Counted from the first letter of the stretch, positions 46,829 through 57,394 are shown. The stretch: DNA of 64,000 bases from an uncultured virus (IMG/VR IMGVR_UViG_3300027373_000191) (IMGVR_UViG_3300027373_000191); one strand, 5' to 3'. The notes: generated from the sequence alone by a model not told the origin. Made by a program: numbers and translations.

Positions 46829-47697
46829 ACTGACATCTTCATTTTAATTGAAGGATGACTTTTATATCCAATCAGTTCAATATCTTCAAATTTAAAATCA
46901 TCTATATTTTTTATTTCTGGATTAATTTTAATTTTTGGAAATGAATAAGGTTCTCTCGACAACTGTTCTTTTAATGAATCTATATGATCAACATAGATAT
47001 GAACATCATTCATTACATGCCAAAATATTCCCGGTTTCAAACCACACACATGAGCCACCATACACGTTAGTAATGAATATGAGGCAATATTCATAGGAAT
47101 TCCTAATCCTATGTCACAACTTCTTTGGTACATAGTGCAATTCAAAATATCTCCATCGACATTAAACTGGAAGAAAGAATGGCATGGAGGAAGGGCCATA
47201 TTCCTTATTTCTAGTGGATTCCAAGCAGTGACAATTATTCTTCTGCTTTCTGGATTATTCTTAATTTGATCAATAGCCCATGATAATTGATCAAATCCCT
47301 GATTATTAAAATTTCTCCATTGGCATCCATAAACTGGTCCTAAATCGCCTTCTTTTGGCTTATCGCAGATAAATCCCCATTCTACACTATTTCCCCATTC
47401 AATCATTCTCTTTTTGTAGAAATCTTTTGCATTTGCATCCCATATATGAACATTATTTTTTACCAGATAATCTATGTTAGAAGAACCAGAAATAAACCAT
47501 AGTAATTCATGAACGACGCCTTTCCAATAAACTTTTTTTGTTGTCAAAAGTGGGAATTCTTCAGATAAATCAAACCTCATTGTTTCCCCAAGAATTCTTA
47601 AAGTATCTATTCCTGTTCTATTCTTATGTATTTTTCCGTTCTGTAGAATATTTTTCATAACATTCAAGTATTGATATTCTTGATGCATATTAGACAT
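46825..47697 (-). CDS. thyA: thymidylate synthase
   Basis: NRTG, FPLLTTKKV, ELLWF, LGPVYG.QWR, ALPPCH, YQRSCD, NIASY, HIY. Confidence 0.97.
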   Translation of the reverse strand: MSNMHQEYQYLNVMKNILQNGKIHKNRTGIDTLRILGETMRFDLSEEFPLLTTKKVYWKGVVHELLWFISGSSNIDYLVKNNVHIWDANAKDFYKKRMIEWGNSVEWGFICDKPKEGDLGPVYGCQWRNFNNQGFDQLSWAIDQIKNNPESRRIIVTAWNPLEIRNMALPPCHSFFQFNVDGDILNCTMYQRSCDIGLGIPMNIASYSLLTCMVAHVCGLKPGIFWHVMNDVHIYVDHIDSLKEQLSREPYSFPKIKINPEIKNIDDFKFEDIELIGYKSHPSIKMKMSV

Positions 47698-47896
47698 TTA
47701 CCTTTACTGTTCTTACTAGGATATTGTAGTCGATCTTTTTTTCTCTTTCATATCTAGCTAATTCTTGTAGAGACTCTTGACATTTTGCCTTAGCTACTTC
47801 TGTAGATTTTCCCCATTTAGCCCAAATGTTTTTCCCTGATTCAATTTCTTCTTTAGTACCAATCGCAACTTGCCAATAATTCTTTCTTTTACTCAT
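47690..47896 (-). CDS. small hypothetical protein
   Basis: 68 aa, overlaps both neighbours. Confidence 0.55.
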   Translation of the reverse strand: MSKRKNYWQVAIGTKEEIESGKNIWAKWGKSTEVAKAKCQESLQELARYEREKKIDYNILVRTVKVNV

Positions 47897-48470
47897 TTTT
47901 TTTCTCCATTAAAATATTATCTATCTTACTATAAAGTTCTTCAATAGTTCCATTGTTTTCTATTACAAAACTATACCTATCCCAACCAGCTAGTTGAGAT
48001 TCTACCTTATGTTCGTTAGCATCGATCACTTCTCCCCTACTTATAAGACAAACCTTACCGCCAAGATATATAATTTCTTCTGCTTCATCTGGACTTCTTA
48101 CTCCTGATATAATTGTATTTTCTGGAATAATGGATTTGTTTGTTTTTAAAATATTTCTAAGATTAGACATTTCTTCATAATCTATAATATATTTATCATT
48201 TTTTATTCCAAAAAATCTTTTATCTACTCTTGATACTGCTTGATATAGCCAATAATGGGGATCAATCGTTTTGGCCATTAACCCTATATCTTGCAACATC
48301 TTCCTTTGAGATCGATCTTCTTTATTTCCATTATATCCAAAATATTTTTTCGCCATATTTTCTATGGTACTACTCATTTCCACAGAAGTATATCCATATT
48401 TAGATACCAAATATTCGGATACTGTTGTTTTTCCTACCTGTGGCCTTAAACTACATAATCCTAATAGCAT
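47889..48470 (-). CDS. phage-type deoxynucleoside monophosphate kinase
   Basis: QVGKTT, RKMLQDIG, W, GVRSPDE, H..E, IENNGT. Confidence 0.8.
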   Translation of the reverse strand: MLLGLCSLRPQVGKTTVSEYLVSKYGYTSVEMSSTIENMAKKYFGYNGNKEDRSQRKMLQDIGLMAKTIDPHYWLYQAVSRVDKRFFGIKNDKYIIDYEEMSNLRNILKTNKSIIPENTIISGVRSPDEAEEIIYLGGKVCLISRGEVIDANEHKVESQLAGWDRYSFVIENNGTIEELYSKIDNILMEKKNE

Positions 48471-49174
48471 TATTTTCCTCTCCTGATTTCTTCAACAATA
48501 CAATCAAGTGTGTTTTGTGCGTTTTCTTTGGTATTAGATAATTCTAAATTAACCATAAGAAGGACAACTTCTTTTATTCTTTCTTCAGAAATATAGGTGG
48601 TATCTAGCATTGCTATATTTCTATCTTTTTTATTAGCAAGAAGATGATCATATCCATTCCTTACTCTTTCATGGAAATCTATTTTTTCACTTTCAAATCT
48701 ATCTGGTTTTCCAAATTCAGTCTTTGTGGCGCGAGATAATCCTATTTTAGAATCAACAGTAAGAATAATGGTTAAATCTGGAATTAAACCTCCAGTTGAA
48801 TAATTATTGAGTTTTTCAATATATTCAAGAGATTCTTTATCGCCTCTTCTTCTTCCCCAACCTTGATAGGCATATGTAGAATCTATATATCTATCACAAA
48901 TGACATGTTTCCCTTTATCAAGATTTGGTCTAATAATTTTATTTACATGCTGACATCTGTCTGCCATATATAAAAATAATTCTGCCTCATTATCAATTTT
49001 ATTATCTGGATTAAGGATAAATCTTCTAATTTCCATACATCCAGAATCAAGTGGAGATCCGGGTTCTTTAGTAGTTATACAACGATCTATGTTTAGCCCC
49101 AAGAATTCTACAACTGAACTTTTTCCTGATCCATCAGGCCCTTCTAACGTAATGAATTTTCCTCTATTAGACAT
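48470..49174 (-). CDS. tmk: thymidylate kinase
   Basis: FITLEGPDGSGKS, KEPG, LYMADR.QH, CDRYIDSTYAYQG, DRFE. Confidence 0.96.
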   Translation of the reverse strand: MSNRGKFITLEGPDGSGKSSVVEFLGLNIDRCITTKEPGSPLDSGCMEIRRFILNPDNKIDNEAELFLYMADRCQHVNKIIRPNLDKGKHVICDRYIDSTYAYQGWGRRRGDKESLEYIEKLNNYSTGGLIPDLTIILTVDSKIGLSRATKTEFGKPDRFESEKIDFHERVRNGYDHLLANKKDRNIAMLDTTYISEERIKEVVLLMVNLELSNTKENAQNTLDCIVEEIRRGK

Positions 49175-49185
49175 TCTACTCTCCT

Positions 49186-49226
49186 AAAAAAAATATGCTG
49201 CATAAGAATTTTGTCCCATGCAGCAT
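49186..49226 (-). terminator. terminator-like hairpin
   Basis: ATGCTGCAT...ATGCAGCAT followed by T8 on the minus strand; large loop. Confidence 0.45.
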
Positions 49227-49247
49227 TATACTAAAAAAGGTGATATT

Positions 49248-49721
49248 TTAAATAACTATTTTTCTATCTTCCGCAATATCAGGAACAGTAGATCCATCTT
49301 CATCCCAATTTATTCCTACCGCTTCTATGAAGCTCTTAAAGTTATTAAGATCAGGCTTTCTTAGCTTGCCCCATTCGTATTCTGCACCCTTTTCTGCAAG
49401 TTTTTGGTTTTCTTCTGGTGTTGGCGAATCTATCCTCATGATCATGTTCGCAACCCAAGCATTTCTTTTTTCTGGCGAAAGAGTTGCCCATTGAGAAGAA
49501 TATCCAAAAATAATATATCTTTTTTCTGTCAAAATAGATTGAGGCCCACGGATACCTTTGATCTTCAAAATCTCCTTATTATTTACAGGAGCAATCTTAT
49601 CAATTCTTACAGCGCATGCAACCATTGATGGTTCTACGTGTGAAAATAAATCTGTCCTTTTTTCAACTAATTCTTCAACAATTTCCATCATATCAGATGA
49701 TTCCTCATAAATAGCTGCCAT
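49248..49721 (-). CDS. putative phage metallopeptidase-like protein lacking HExxH
   Basis: W..LS.EKR.A.V, LRKPD...F....G pattern; ANMIMR where HExxH is expected. Confidence 0.45.
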   Translation of the reverse strand: MAAIYEESSDMMEIVEELVEKRTDLFSHVEPSMVACAVRIDKIAPVNNKEILKIKGIRGPQSILTEKRYIIFGYSSQWATLSPEKRNAWVANMIMRIDSPTPEENQKLAEKGAEYEWGKLRKPDLNNFKSFIEAVGINWDEDGSTVPDIAEDRKIVI

Positions 49722-49734
49722 TTTAATCCCTTTT

Positions 49735-52119
49735 CTATTCCTTATTTTTTTTCTTTACATTAAAGCTGATGTCTTTATCTGCCTTGTTCCAATTTATATA
49801 TACGATGTCACCTTGATCTATTTCGCCAGAAAATACCTTTTCTGCAAATGGACATTCAATAAATTTCTTTATTGCTCTTCTCATTGGTCTTGCGCCATAT
49901 CTTTCATCATATCCTTCTTTACATATAAAATCTTTTAATGAAGAGCTAAATACTATTGAGTAATTACTGTTTCTCATTCTTTCTTTCGTCTTGGTAAGTT
50001 CTATATCCATTATTTCTCTAATATTTTCTTCATTTAAATTATTAAACACAATAACATCATCTATTCTGTTTACAAATTCAGGAGAAAAGAATTTCTTTAC
50101 CTCAGATACAAGAAAATCCTCTTTTTCATCAACATCTTTGATGCTATCCGGAAACGTAAAACCTATATGTCTGCTTTTCCCTATTTTATCGGCAGCAATA
50201 TTTGATGTCATAATAAGTATTATGTTTCTGAAATCAACATATCTACCATTAGAGTCAGTCAATCTTCCTTCGTCAAATATTTGTAAAAATATATTAAGTA
50301 CCTGTGGATGTGCCTTTTCTATTTCATCAAGAAGGATTACAGAGTAAGGCTTCTTTCTGACAGTTTCTGCCAACTGACCACCATCATCATAACCAATATA
50401 TCCCGGAGGAGAACCTATGATTTTAGAAACAGAATGACTTTCCATATATTCACTCATATCTAATCTTATTATTTTATCAGTTCCAAATACACATTTAGAA
50501 AGAGATTTTGCAAGCCAAGTTTTTCCAATACCCGTTGATCCAAGAAACATAAAAACTCCTATTGGTTTTTCAGGATCTGAAAGTCCTAATCTTGACAATT
50601 GGATGGCTTTACTTATCTCATTTACGGCCTTATTTTGTCCAATTACCATTTTTTTTAGATTATTTTCTAGATACCTTAATTTACTTTTTTCATCTTTATC
50701 TATAGCATTCATGGGAACTTGAGTCATTCCAGATATTACATCATAAACTATTTTTTCTTCTAATATTGGTTTATTTTTTTCTTTTGAAAAATGCTTATAT
50801 TCTTTAGACATAATAAATCTGGAACATGATTCATCAAGAATATCAATGGCTTTGTCTGGAAAAAATCTATTTTTTATATATTTGTTACTAAGATCAACTA
50901 TCTTTTCCAAGATATCGTTGTTCAATGATACTTTATGATAATTTTCATACTCTTTCTTGATGCCCTTAAGAATATCAAATGTACTTTCTGCCGAAGATTC
51001 TTCTAAAAATACAGTAGAAAACCTTCTGCTTAAAGCATTATCTTTGCTTATTTTCTTTCTAAATTCTTCTGGAGTCGTTGCTCCAATGCATTGGAAATTA
51101 TCTTCTGTTAATTTAGGTTTAAGCATTGAGACAGCATCTACACTTCCTTCTGCGTTTCCTGCGCCAACAATTGTATGTATTTCATCAAGAAACATTATAG
51201 CTTTATTTTTAGAATCTTTTTGCTTAGAAACCATAAAGTCAATAACTTTTTTCATACGCTCTTCAAATTGGCCTCTAAATTTAGTACCAGCAATCATATT
51301 AGCTATGTTTACGGAATATATCTCTGCACCCATAAGCTGTTTTGGTATATTATTATCAACTATCCTCTTGGCGATACCTCTAACAAGAGTTGTTTTCCCA
51401 GTTCCAGATTCTCCAATAATTACAAGATTTTTTTTCTTTTTTCTACATAATATCTGAATACATCTTTCTATTTCCTTGTCTCTTCCAATAAAATCTTCTT
51501 TATTTTCAATAACTACTTTATTTATATTTTCGATAAACCCAACCTGAATTAGACTTTCTTCAATTTTATTATCTCTTTGTCTATCGTTGGATAATTCTTT
51601 TTCAATTTTTTTCTTGCTTGGCAAAGCTTCCTCATCTTCATATGATACCATAGTAATCTCTTTTATATAATCTTTTAAGTTAAATCCATATTTAAATAAT
51701 ATATTTTTTATTCTAAGTATTTGTTTTATCTCTCCTTTATATAGTAAAAAAGATAAAACAATGTGTTCTGTACCTATTTTGTTATGTTTAAATCTATTTC
51801 TTATTTTATCGGATAATCTAATTATGTGTTCTGTTGATTTAGATATAATAGTAGAAGACTGACCCATATTATCTAAGTAATTAAAATCCCTTATTGCTGT
51901 CTCTTCTATTTCTTGAAGGATATCTTTTGTATTTATCCCCATATGTTCTATTATTTTTCCAAAAATTGTTTCTTTTCTTTTTTCAGATAATACACAATAA
52001 ATCAAATCTTTTGGGGTGACAAAATCGTGTTGAAACATACTGGCTGTTTTATATATTTCATGGTTCAAGATAAAATTCAAGTCAGGACTATAGTTGTTCT
52101 CATTATTCATCTTACTCAT
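49735..52119 (-). CDS. ClpA/ClpC-type AAA+ unfoldase
   Basis: Clp-N repeat (IGTEHIVL), GESGTGKT, FLDEIH, GSTGIGKT, LLDEIEKAH, IGF loop, GARPMRR. Confidence 0.95.
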   Translation of the reverse strand: MSKMNNENNYSPDLNFILNHEIYKTASMFQHDFVTPKDLIYCVLSEKRKETIFGKIIEHMGINTKDILQEIEETAIRDFNYLDNMGQSSTIISKSTEHIIRLSDKIRNRFKHNKIGTEHIVLSFLLYKGEIKQILRIKNILFKYGFNLKDYIKEITMVSYEDEEALPSKKKIEKELSNDRQRDNKIEESLIQVGFIENINKVVIENKEDFIGRDKEIERCIQILCRKKKKNLVIIGESGTGKTTLVRGIAKRIVDNNIPKQLMGAEIYSVNIANMIAGTKFRGQFEERMKKVIDFMVSKQKDSKNKAIMFLDEIHTIVGAGNAEGSVDAVSMLKPKLTEDNFQCIGATTPEEFRKKISKDNALSRRFSTVFLEESSAESTFDILKGIKKEYENYHKVSLNNDILEKIVDLSNKYIKNRFFPDKAIDILDESCSRFIMSKEYKHFSKEKNKPILEEKIVYDVISGMTQVPMNAIDKDEKSKLRYLENNLKKMVIGQNKAVNEISKAIQLSRLGLSDPEKPIGVFMFLGSTGIGKTWLAKSLSKCVFGTDKIIRLDMSEYMESHSVSKIIGSPPGYIGYDDGGQLAETVRKKPYSVILLDEIEKAHPQVLNIFLQIFDEGRLTDSNGRYVDFRNIILIMTSNIAADKIGKSRHIGFTFPDSIKDVDEKEDFLVSEVKKFFSPEFVNRIDDVIVFNNLNEENIREIMDIELTKTKERMRNSNYSIVFSSSLKDFICKEGYDERYGARPMRRAIKKFIECPFAEKVFSGEIDQGDIVYINWNKADKDISFNVKKKNKE

Positions 52120-52669
52120 CCTCTTTAAAACAACAGAAATTAATAACCCACGACCAATCCTTTTTACCTCCTTGATTTAAATATTCACTTTTTATCTTAT
52201 TGCCATATTTTTTATCTAGATAGTCGGTTGCTACTTTAATTATAGAATCAATTTTAGCATACCCTATTTTCTCGTCATTATATGATGACAATAAAACTTC
52301 CTCACCTTCTTGGAATGATGGTGGATAAGAAAGTATTATATAATTTCTTTTTTTGTTTTTTATCTGTATAATTATATTATTGGCAACAGGAATGGTTTTT
52401 TTGTTGCCATGTAACGTGTTAAAAATTTGGTCTGGTGGCATTGTTCCGTCTTTTCTGTGTATTTCTTGAAATTTACTATTAAATAATACTATAGAAGGAA
52501 TATTTTCTAGTCCTATTTCATCGGCTACCTCCAAAGCCTTTTTATCTTCTTTTATATCAATGTAAGTCCAATTGTTATTACCGAATGTTACATCCAGATA
52601 ATTCTTTTGTATTTTACAAAATTTGCATCCTTTGGCACCAAACATGTATATTCTTTCTTTATTATACAT
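52112..52669 (-). CDS. thioredoxin-like protein with C-terminal extension
   Basis: GCKFC, IPSIV; adjacent to the RNR. Confidence 0.8.
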   Translation of the reverse strand: MYNKERIYMFGAKGCKFCKIQKNYLDVTFGNNNWTYIDIKEDKKALEVADEIGLENIPSIVLFNSKFQEIHRKDGTMPPDQIFNTLHGNKKTIPVANNIIIQIKNKKRNYIILSYPPSFQEGEEVLLSSYNDEKIGYAKIDSIIKVATDYLDKKYGNKIKSEYLNQGGKKDWSWVINFCCFKEDE

Positions 52670-52684
52670 CTAATTTTTGCTCCC

Positions 52685-55369
52685 TTATGCACATTTAGAC
52701 CAACCACAACTTTTGCATGCAACACATCCATCTGAACGAACCAGACTAGAATTACCGCAATCAGGACAGCTTTCACCACTAACCAAAGTACCGTTGGTTA
52801 TATATTTCTTAAGAGTTCTCGCTAATACCTTTGAAAAAGACTGTAGGTCTCCCTTGGTTTTTTCTAATTGGTGAACAATATAAGAAATATCGATTCCATG
52901 TCTTAAACTCATAGAAATATTCCTAGTAAGTGCATCGGCCAAATCACTAACGTGACCATTTGTAAGATGATACGATTCTTCTTCGCCAGATGGAGAAAGA
53001 GTATTTAAATAATAATTACCTCTACTTTTTTTGCTTATTTTACCTTCTATAACTCTCTTAGGAATAACGATATCACCTTCTTTGTCTGCATTTATTCCTG
53101 TAAAAACTTCATATGGATCGCCATTAAGTATACCAACAGCAACATAGTATCTTTGAAATTTGAATGACAAATGATAAACATCACATGGTAAATCTTTTGG
53201 CCTTTTTGGCGAAGATGTTTTAGTTATATGCGTTTCTTCATTTATCGCTGCTTTAGGTCCATCCTTAACAAGGATTCCTGTTCTACATCCGTCTCTATAC
53301 ACAGTTATTCCCTTGCAACCACTCTCATAGGCTTTCATATAAATTTCTGAAACCTTTTCTACAGAAACATCAGAAGGAAGGTTTATAGTGCTTGAAATTG
53401 AATGATCGACATTTTTTTGTGCGGCTGCTTGAGCATCGACTCTAATGGACCAATCTAATTGCTCTGCACAATGACCCCACCAAGGAGAATCTTTCACATC
53501 ATCTTTACCAGTTACTTTCATCCAGTCTTTAACTGCTGGGCAGAATATTTTAAATTTCATAAAATGATCGCCACTTTGGTCAATTTCGTCTGTCCTGAAA
53601 TTTTTATCTTCTGGATTACCTTTTACTTTCCTTATATATGGTTCAACGGTATATTCTGGTTCTATACCTGATGATGTTCCGAAAGAATCAATTAATTTAC
53701 ATAAAATAGAGACTGTTCCTGCTGGAGCGGTCGTCAGAAGAGCTATATTCCTTCTTCCATATTTTTTATTATCTTCCCATATTTTTTTTCCACTTATTTT
53801 TCTGCCATTTCCAAAATCAATTTCTTCATTTTCTATTCTATTTATAAATGGATTATTCTTTTCTTTTTCATAATCAAAAACCTTAAACGTCCCTATCTCT
53901 TTGGCCATATCAACGGAAGATCTATATGCTCCAAATTTAAGTGTTCTATAGATTTTCTCTATGGTTTCAACACCTTCCTTAGTTCCATAACCAACTCCAA
54001 TGGCAGCTAATGTATCCCCAATAGCAGTTACTCCAGTCCCTGTTCTTCTCCCCTTTAGACACGCATCAAGTATATTCTGCCATAAAGCCTTTTCTCTATT
54101 TTTTATATCCTGTTCTTCTGGATCGTTTTCTATTTTATTAAGTATCCCCTTTATTGATTCGGCCTCTAAATCAACAAGATCATCCATTAATCTTTGATTT
54201 ATTTTTGCGGCTTCATAAAATTGCTCATAATCAAAATAGGAATTAGATTCAAAAGGATTTTTTACAAAACCAAATGAATTTAGAGCCATTAGTCGGCAGG
54301 AATCGTAAGGAGAGAGGGGGATTTCTCCACAAGGGTTGGTGCCAACAGACGTAAAGCCATCACTAAAATAGCAATCTGCTGGTGATTCTCTTATTATGTT
54401 ATCCCAAAAAAGAACTCCCGGTTCTGCTGTTTGCCATGAACTATGAATTATTTTATCCCAAACGTCTTTTGCGCTAACATCTTTTCTTATTTTAGGATTT
54501 TTTGAATCAATTGGCCATCTTTGTTCAAAAGTTTTTTCTTCTTTTACTGCCTTCATAAATTCATCTGTCAATTTGAGGGAAATATTTGCGCCAGTAACTT
54601 TATTTCTATCATATTTGCAAGTAGCAAAATCAATTTTTTTAGGATTATAATATTTTGAAGACATATCAATTTCTATTACGTTTCCCATATCTCCTTCATA
54701 TTTTACATTAACATCATATGGATCTCCATCGACTTCATTGTCCCAAGGAATAACTGACTCTGGATGGTGAATAGAACACGATATCATTTGTGCTCCTCTT
54801 CTACCATTTTGACCAACTTCTCTTCCAGAATTAGAAAATCTAGACATAAATGATATTGCACCAGAAGATGTTTTCGCAGCATTTTTTGTAGGAGTTCCAG
54901 ATGGCCTTAAGTTAGATATATCGTGACCAACACCACCTCTTCTTTTTGATATTTGAACAATCTGCTCGTCAGTAAATATAATTCCAGAGTAACTATCAAC
55001 TGCTGATGGGATCAAAAAACAGTTACTAAGTGATATTTTTTGATATTTATTTCCAATACCGAACATTGGAGAGCCTTGAGGAATTATTTGAGAGAATTTA
55101 TCAAGATACTTAAATATATCCTCAGCAGACAATGGATTTTTAAACTTGTCCTTTTCTATTCTTGCAAATTCTTTTGCAATCCGCCAATGCATGTCTGTTG
55201 GTGTTTTTTCGACTAATTCGTCTTTATTATTTTTTAATGCATATTTTTTAACAAATATACTTGCTGGAAGTTCGTCCCCATTAAAATATTCCATTGATTC
55301 ACATAAGGCTTCTTGATATGTATAAGTTTTCTCATTAATTTGTTCTATTTCTGTTCCTTTTTCTAGCAT
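52685..55369 (-). CDS. nrdJ: class II (adenosylcobalamin-dependent) ribonucleotide reductase
   Basis: SLSNCF, RRGGVG, RRGAQM, TNPCGE, APAGT, GCKGITVYRDG, C-terminal CPDC..C..CGWSKC; no ATP cone, no nrdB nearby. Confidence 0.93.
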   Translation of the reverse strand: MLEKGTEIEQINEKTYTYQEALCESMEYFNGDELPASIFVKKYALKNNKDELVEKTPTDMHWRIAKEFARIEKDKFKNPLSAEDIFKYLDKFSQIIPQGSPMFGIGNKYQKISLSNCFLIPSAVDSYSGIIFTDEQIVQISKRRGGVGHDISNLRPSGTPTKNAAKTSSGAISFMSRFSNSGREVGQNGRRGAQMISCSIHHPESVIPWDNEVDGDPYDVNVKYEGDMGNVIEIDMSSKYYNPKKIDFATCKYDRNKVTGANISLKLTDEFMKAVKEEKTFEQRWPIDSKNPKIRKDVSAKDVWDKIIHSSWQTAEPGVLFWDNIIRESPADCYFSDGFTSVGTNPCGEIPLSPYDSCRLMALNSFGFVKNPFESNSYFDYEQFYEAAKINQRLMDDLVDLEAESIKGILNKIENDPEEQDIKNREKALWQNILDACLKGRRTGTGVTAIGDTLAAIGVGYGTKEGVETIEKIYRTLKFGAYRSSVDMAKEIGTFKVFDYEKEKNNPFINRIENEEIDFGNGRKISGKKIWEDNKKYGRRNIALLTTAPAGTVSILCKLIDSFGTSSGIEPEYTVEPYIRKVKGNPEDKNFRTDEIDQSGDHFMKFKIFCPAVKDWMKVTGKDDVKDSPWWGHCAEQLDWSIRVDAQAAAQKNVDHSISSTINLPSDVSVEKVSEIYMKAYESGCKGITVYRDGCRTGILVKDGPKAAINEETHITKTSSPKRPKDLPCDVYHLSFKFQRYYVAVGILNGDPYEVFTGINADKEGDIVIPKRVIEGKISKKSRGNYYLNTLSPSGEEESYHLTNGHVSDLADALTRNISMSLRHGIDISYIVHQLEKTKGDLQSFSKVLARTLKKYITNGTLVSGESCPDCGNSSLVRSDGCVACKSCGWSKCA

Positions 55370-55459
55370 TTTTTTTCTCCTAAAAAAGACAATTGCGCCA
55401 TATAGATGGTATTGTTATATACCACAATAATACGACTATTATCTTGACTATTTTTATTT

Positions 55460-55756
55460 TTATTCTTGAGTGATCTTTATTTTTTTTGGTATAAAATTAG
55501 TATTTATTTCTCTTACACCATTTTCCAAAATATTAAAACCATTAAACAAATCTACTATTATCTGAAGTTCTTCTATTTCATTTTTCCCTTCTGGAACTTT
55601 GCCCCAATTTTCTGACGGAACAAAAACGATAAAAGGTAATTCTATTTTTTTATTTATTAACTTCAAATAAATCCCTCTATCTCCTTCCTTCATATAAGCT
55701 TCTAAAACTTCACAGATAATCTCTTCTTTATTATCGCTCATCCAAATTATCTCCAA
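55460..55756 (-). CDS. hypothetical protein
   Basis: ~93-98-aa ORF in the operon. Confidence 0.55.
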   Translation of the reverse strand: MEIIWMSDNKEEIICEVLEAYMKEGDRGIYLKLINKKIELPFIVFVPSENWGKVPEGKNEIEELQIIVDLFNGFNILENGVREINTNFIPKKIKITQE

Positions 55757-56546
55757 ATATATTCTTCTTCACTTCTTCAAGAAAATCCTTTACCTTTGAA
55801 GAAAGACTGCTATATTCTAGACTATTGTCAATAGATGGGTTAGCATTGTATTTTTCTTTTGATTTTTTTAATTCTAATTTCATCGATGTCAATATTTCTA
55901 GATTATCAGGACCTATCCTTACGCATAAATAGTGGGCGTCAAATGGCATATATGTGGCCGACATTTCCACTATTTCTTTACCTACTATTTTGTCGTCAAA
56001 TAGTCTAATATCAAGTCTATGTATTTTTTCAAATAATTTATCAGATAGTTGTTTGGGGAAAGAATGCATCCCTTTTACCTCAAGATTTTTACATTGTTCA
56101 TAAAATGGTACATCTTCTTTTTTTAATTTTAAAGATTCACATACATTTTTAAGCCTATCATTATATTCTGAATCAGAATAAATTCCAAATAACCTGCATG
56201 ATAATGGCCTTTTATAATAACTCTTACATAGATCATTTTCTAATAAAGGGCATTGTTTTACAATTTCATTACTTAAAAAAGACTCAAAACAATAATATGT
56301 TAGTTTATCCTGTTCTTCTTTAGATAATGTTTCTAAAATTGTAGAGATAGATAAAAATTCAGATAATAGCATTGGAGGAGAAAATGTTTTACAACAATCG
56401 GCTTCTACCTTTTCTTTATTTGGACAGTGAAGGCATTTTGTTTTTGGCAAATCATCATAAATTGATTTTAAATCCTTAAATAAATCCTTATATTTCATAC
56501 TTTCTGTATCAACTTTAATCCCAAAATGTGGATGGATATATTTCAC
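55731..56546 (-). CDS. YkgJ-family cysteine-cluster (Fe-S/Zn) protein
   Basis: CLHC......DCC, CPLL...C..Y..RPLSCRLFG. Confidence 0.85.
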   Translation of the reverse strand: MKYIHPHFGIKVDTESMKYKDLFKDLKSIYDDLPKTKCLHCPNKEKVEADCCKTFSPPMLLSEFLSISTILETLSKEEQDKLTYYCFESFLSNEIVKQCPLLENDLCKSYYKRPLSCRLFGIYSDSEYNDRLKNVCESLKLKKEDVPFYEQCKNLEVKGMHSFPKQLSDKLFEKIHRLDIRLFDDKIVGKEIVEMSATYMPFDAHYLCVRIGPDNLEILTSMKLELKKSKEKYNANPSIDNSLEYSSLSSKVKDFLEEVKKNIFGDNLDER

Positions 56547-56557
56547 TATTTATCTCC

Positions 56558-57379
56558 TTAAAATAATTTCTTTATTGTTTCTTTTTTATTATCTAGCAGG
56601 TACTTATATTTTTTATTTATTATTATTAATTCTTTTTCTATACGGGAATTATTTTTTAAAAAATTAGAAGTTTTTTCGTCTATAAAAGCCCAACTGTACA
56701 TTCTTTTTATTTCTTCACAATTATCATAAATTAGAACCCAAGGAGATTCTAGTTTTTTTAGCAAATCACATAAAATTTCATGATTAAAAAATGATTTATC
56801 AGAAAAAAATGGTGGGTCTATTAGAAAAATATTATTTGAATTATTCCTAGAGATAAATCCCTCTTCCTCATAAATCGTACATGAATTTAATGATATTTCT
56901 TTTTTGTTGATAATTTTATTTATTTGCCTAATTTCTTTTATTGTATTATCGATATTCATTCTTGACGATATTATATTTTTTATTTTATTATCGTCGTCAA
57001 TATTTTCAATTCCATCATAATAAACAGTTTTGAATATAAGAAAATTAGCAGCGACATCTACATAATTGTTAAAAAATTTATCATTTTTAATTCTATCTTT
57101 AATTAAAAATAGATAATCTATTGTAATGTCTATTTCTTTTAATTTTATACACAATTCTTCTTGATCTCTTATAATTGCAGTCCACAAACAAGATGTCCAT
57201 ATATCACTGTTGTTTATAGATATTTTTTTTATATTATTATTTTTATAAATATCTATAAAAATATTATTTCTTCCAAAAAATGGTTCAACAAAAAAAGAAT
57301 TTGGCAGTATCTCAGAAAATTTATCCAAAATACTGCCTATTTTATTACTAATTTCATTTTCATTAAAATACAGGAACAT
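56558..57379 (-). CDS. Dam/D12-class adenine methyltransferase-like protein, degenerate
   Basis: FVEPFFG, IN.SD, FLIDPPF, H..L...L, WVL.YDN, ELII.N. Confidence 0.75.
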   Translation of the reverse strand: MFLYFNENEISNKIGSILDKFSEILPNSFFVEPFFGRNNIFIDIYKNNNIKKISINNSDIWTSCLWTAIIRDQEELCIKLKEIDITIDYLFLIKDRIKNDKFFNNYVDVAANFLIFKTVYYDGIENIDDDNKIKNIISSRMNIDNTIKEIRQINKIINKKEISLNSCTIYEEEGFISRNNSNNIFLIDPPFFSDKSFFNHEILCDLLKKLESPWVLIYDNCEEIKRMYSWAFIDEKTSNFLKNNSRIEKELIIINKKYKYLLDNKKETIKKLF

Positions 57380-57394
57380 TCAATAAACCTTTCA

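Noticed and set aside
46825..55369. Group I introns in thyA or nrdJ
   Set aside because: Both ORFs are continuous and complete
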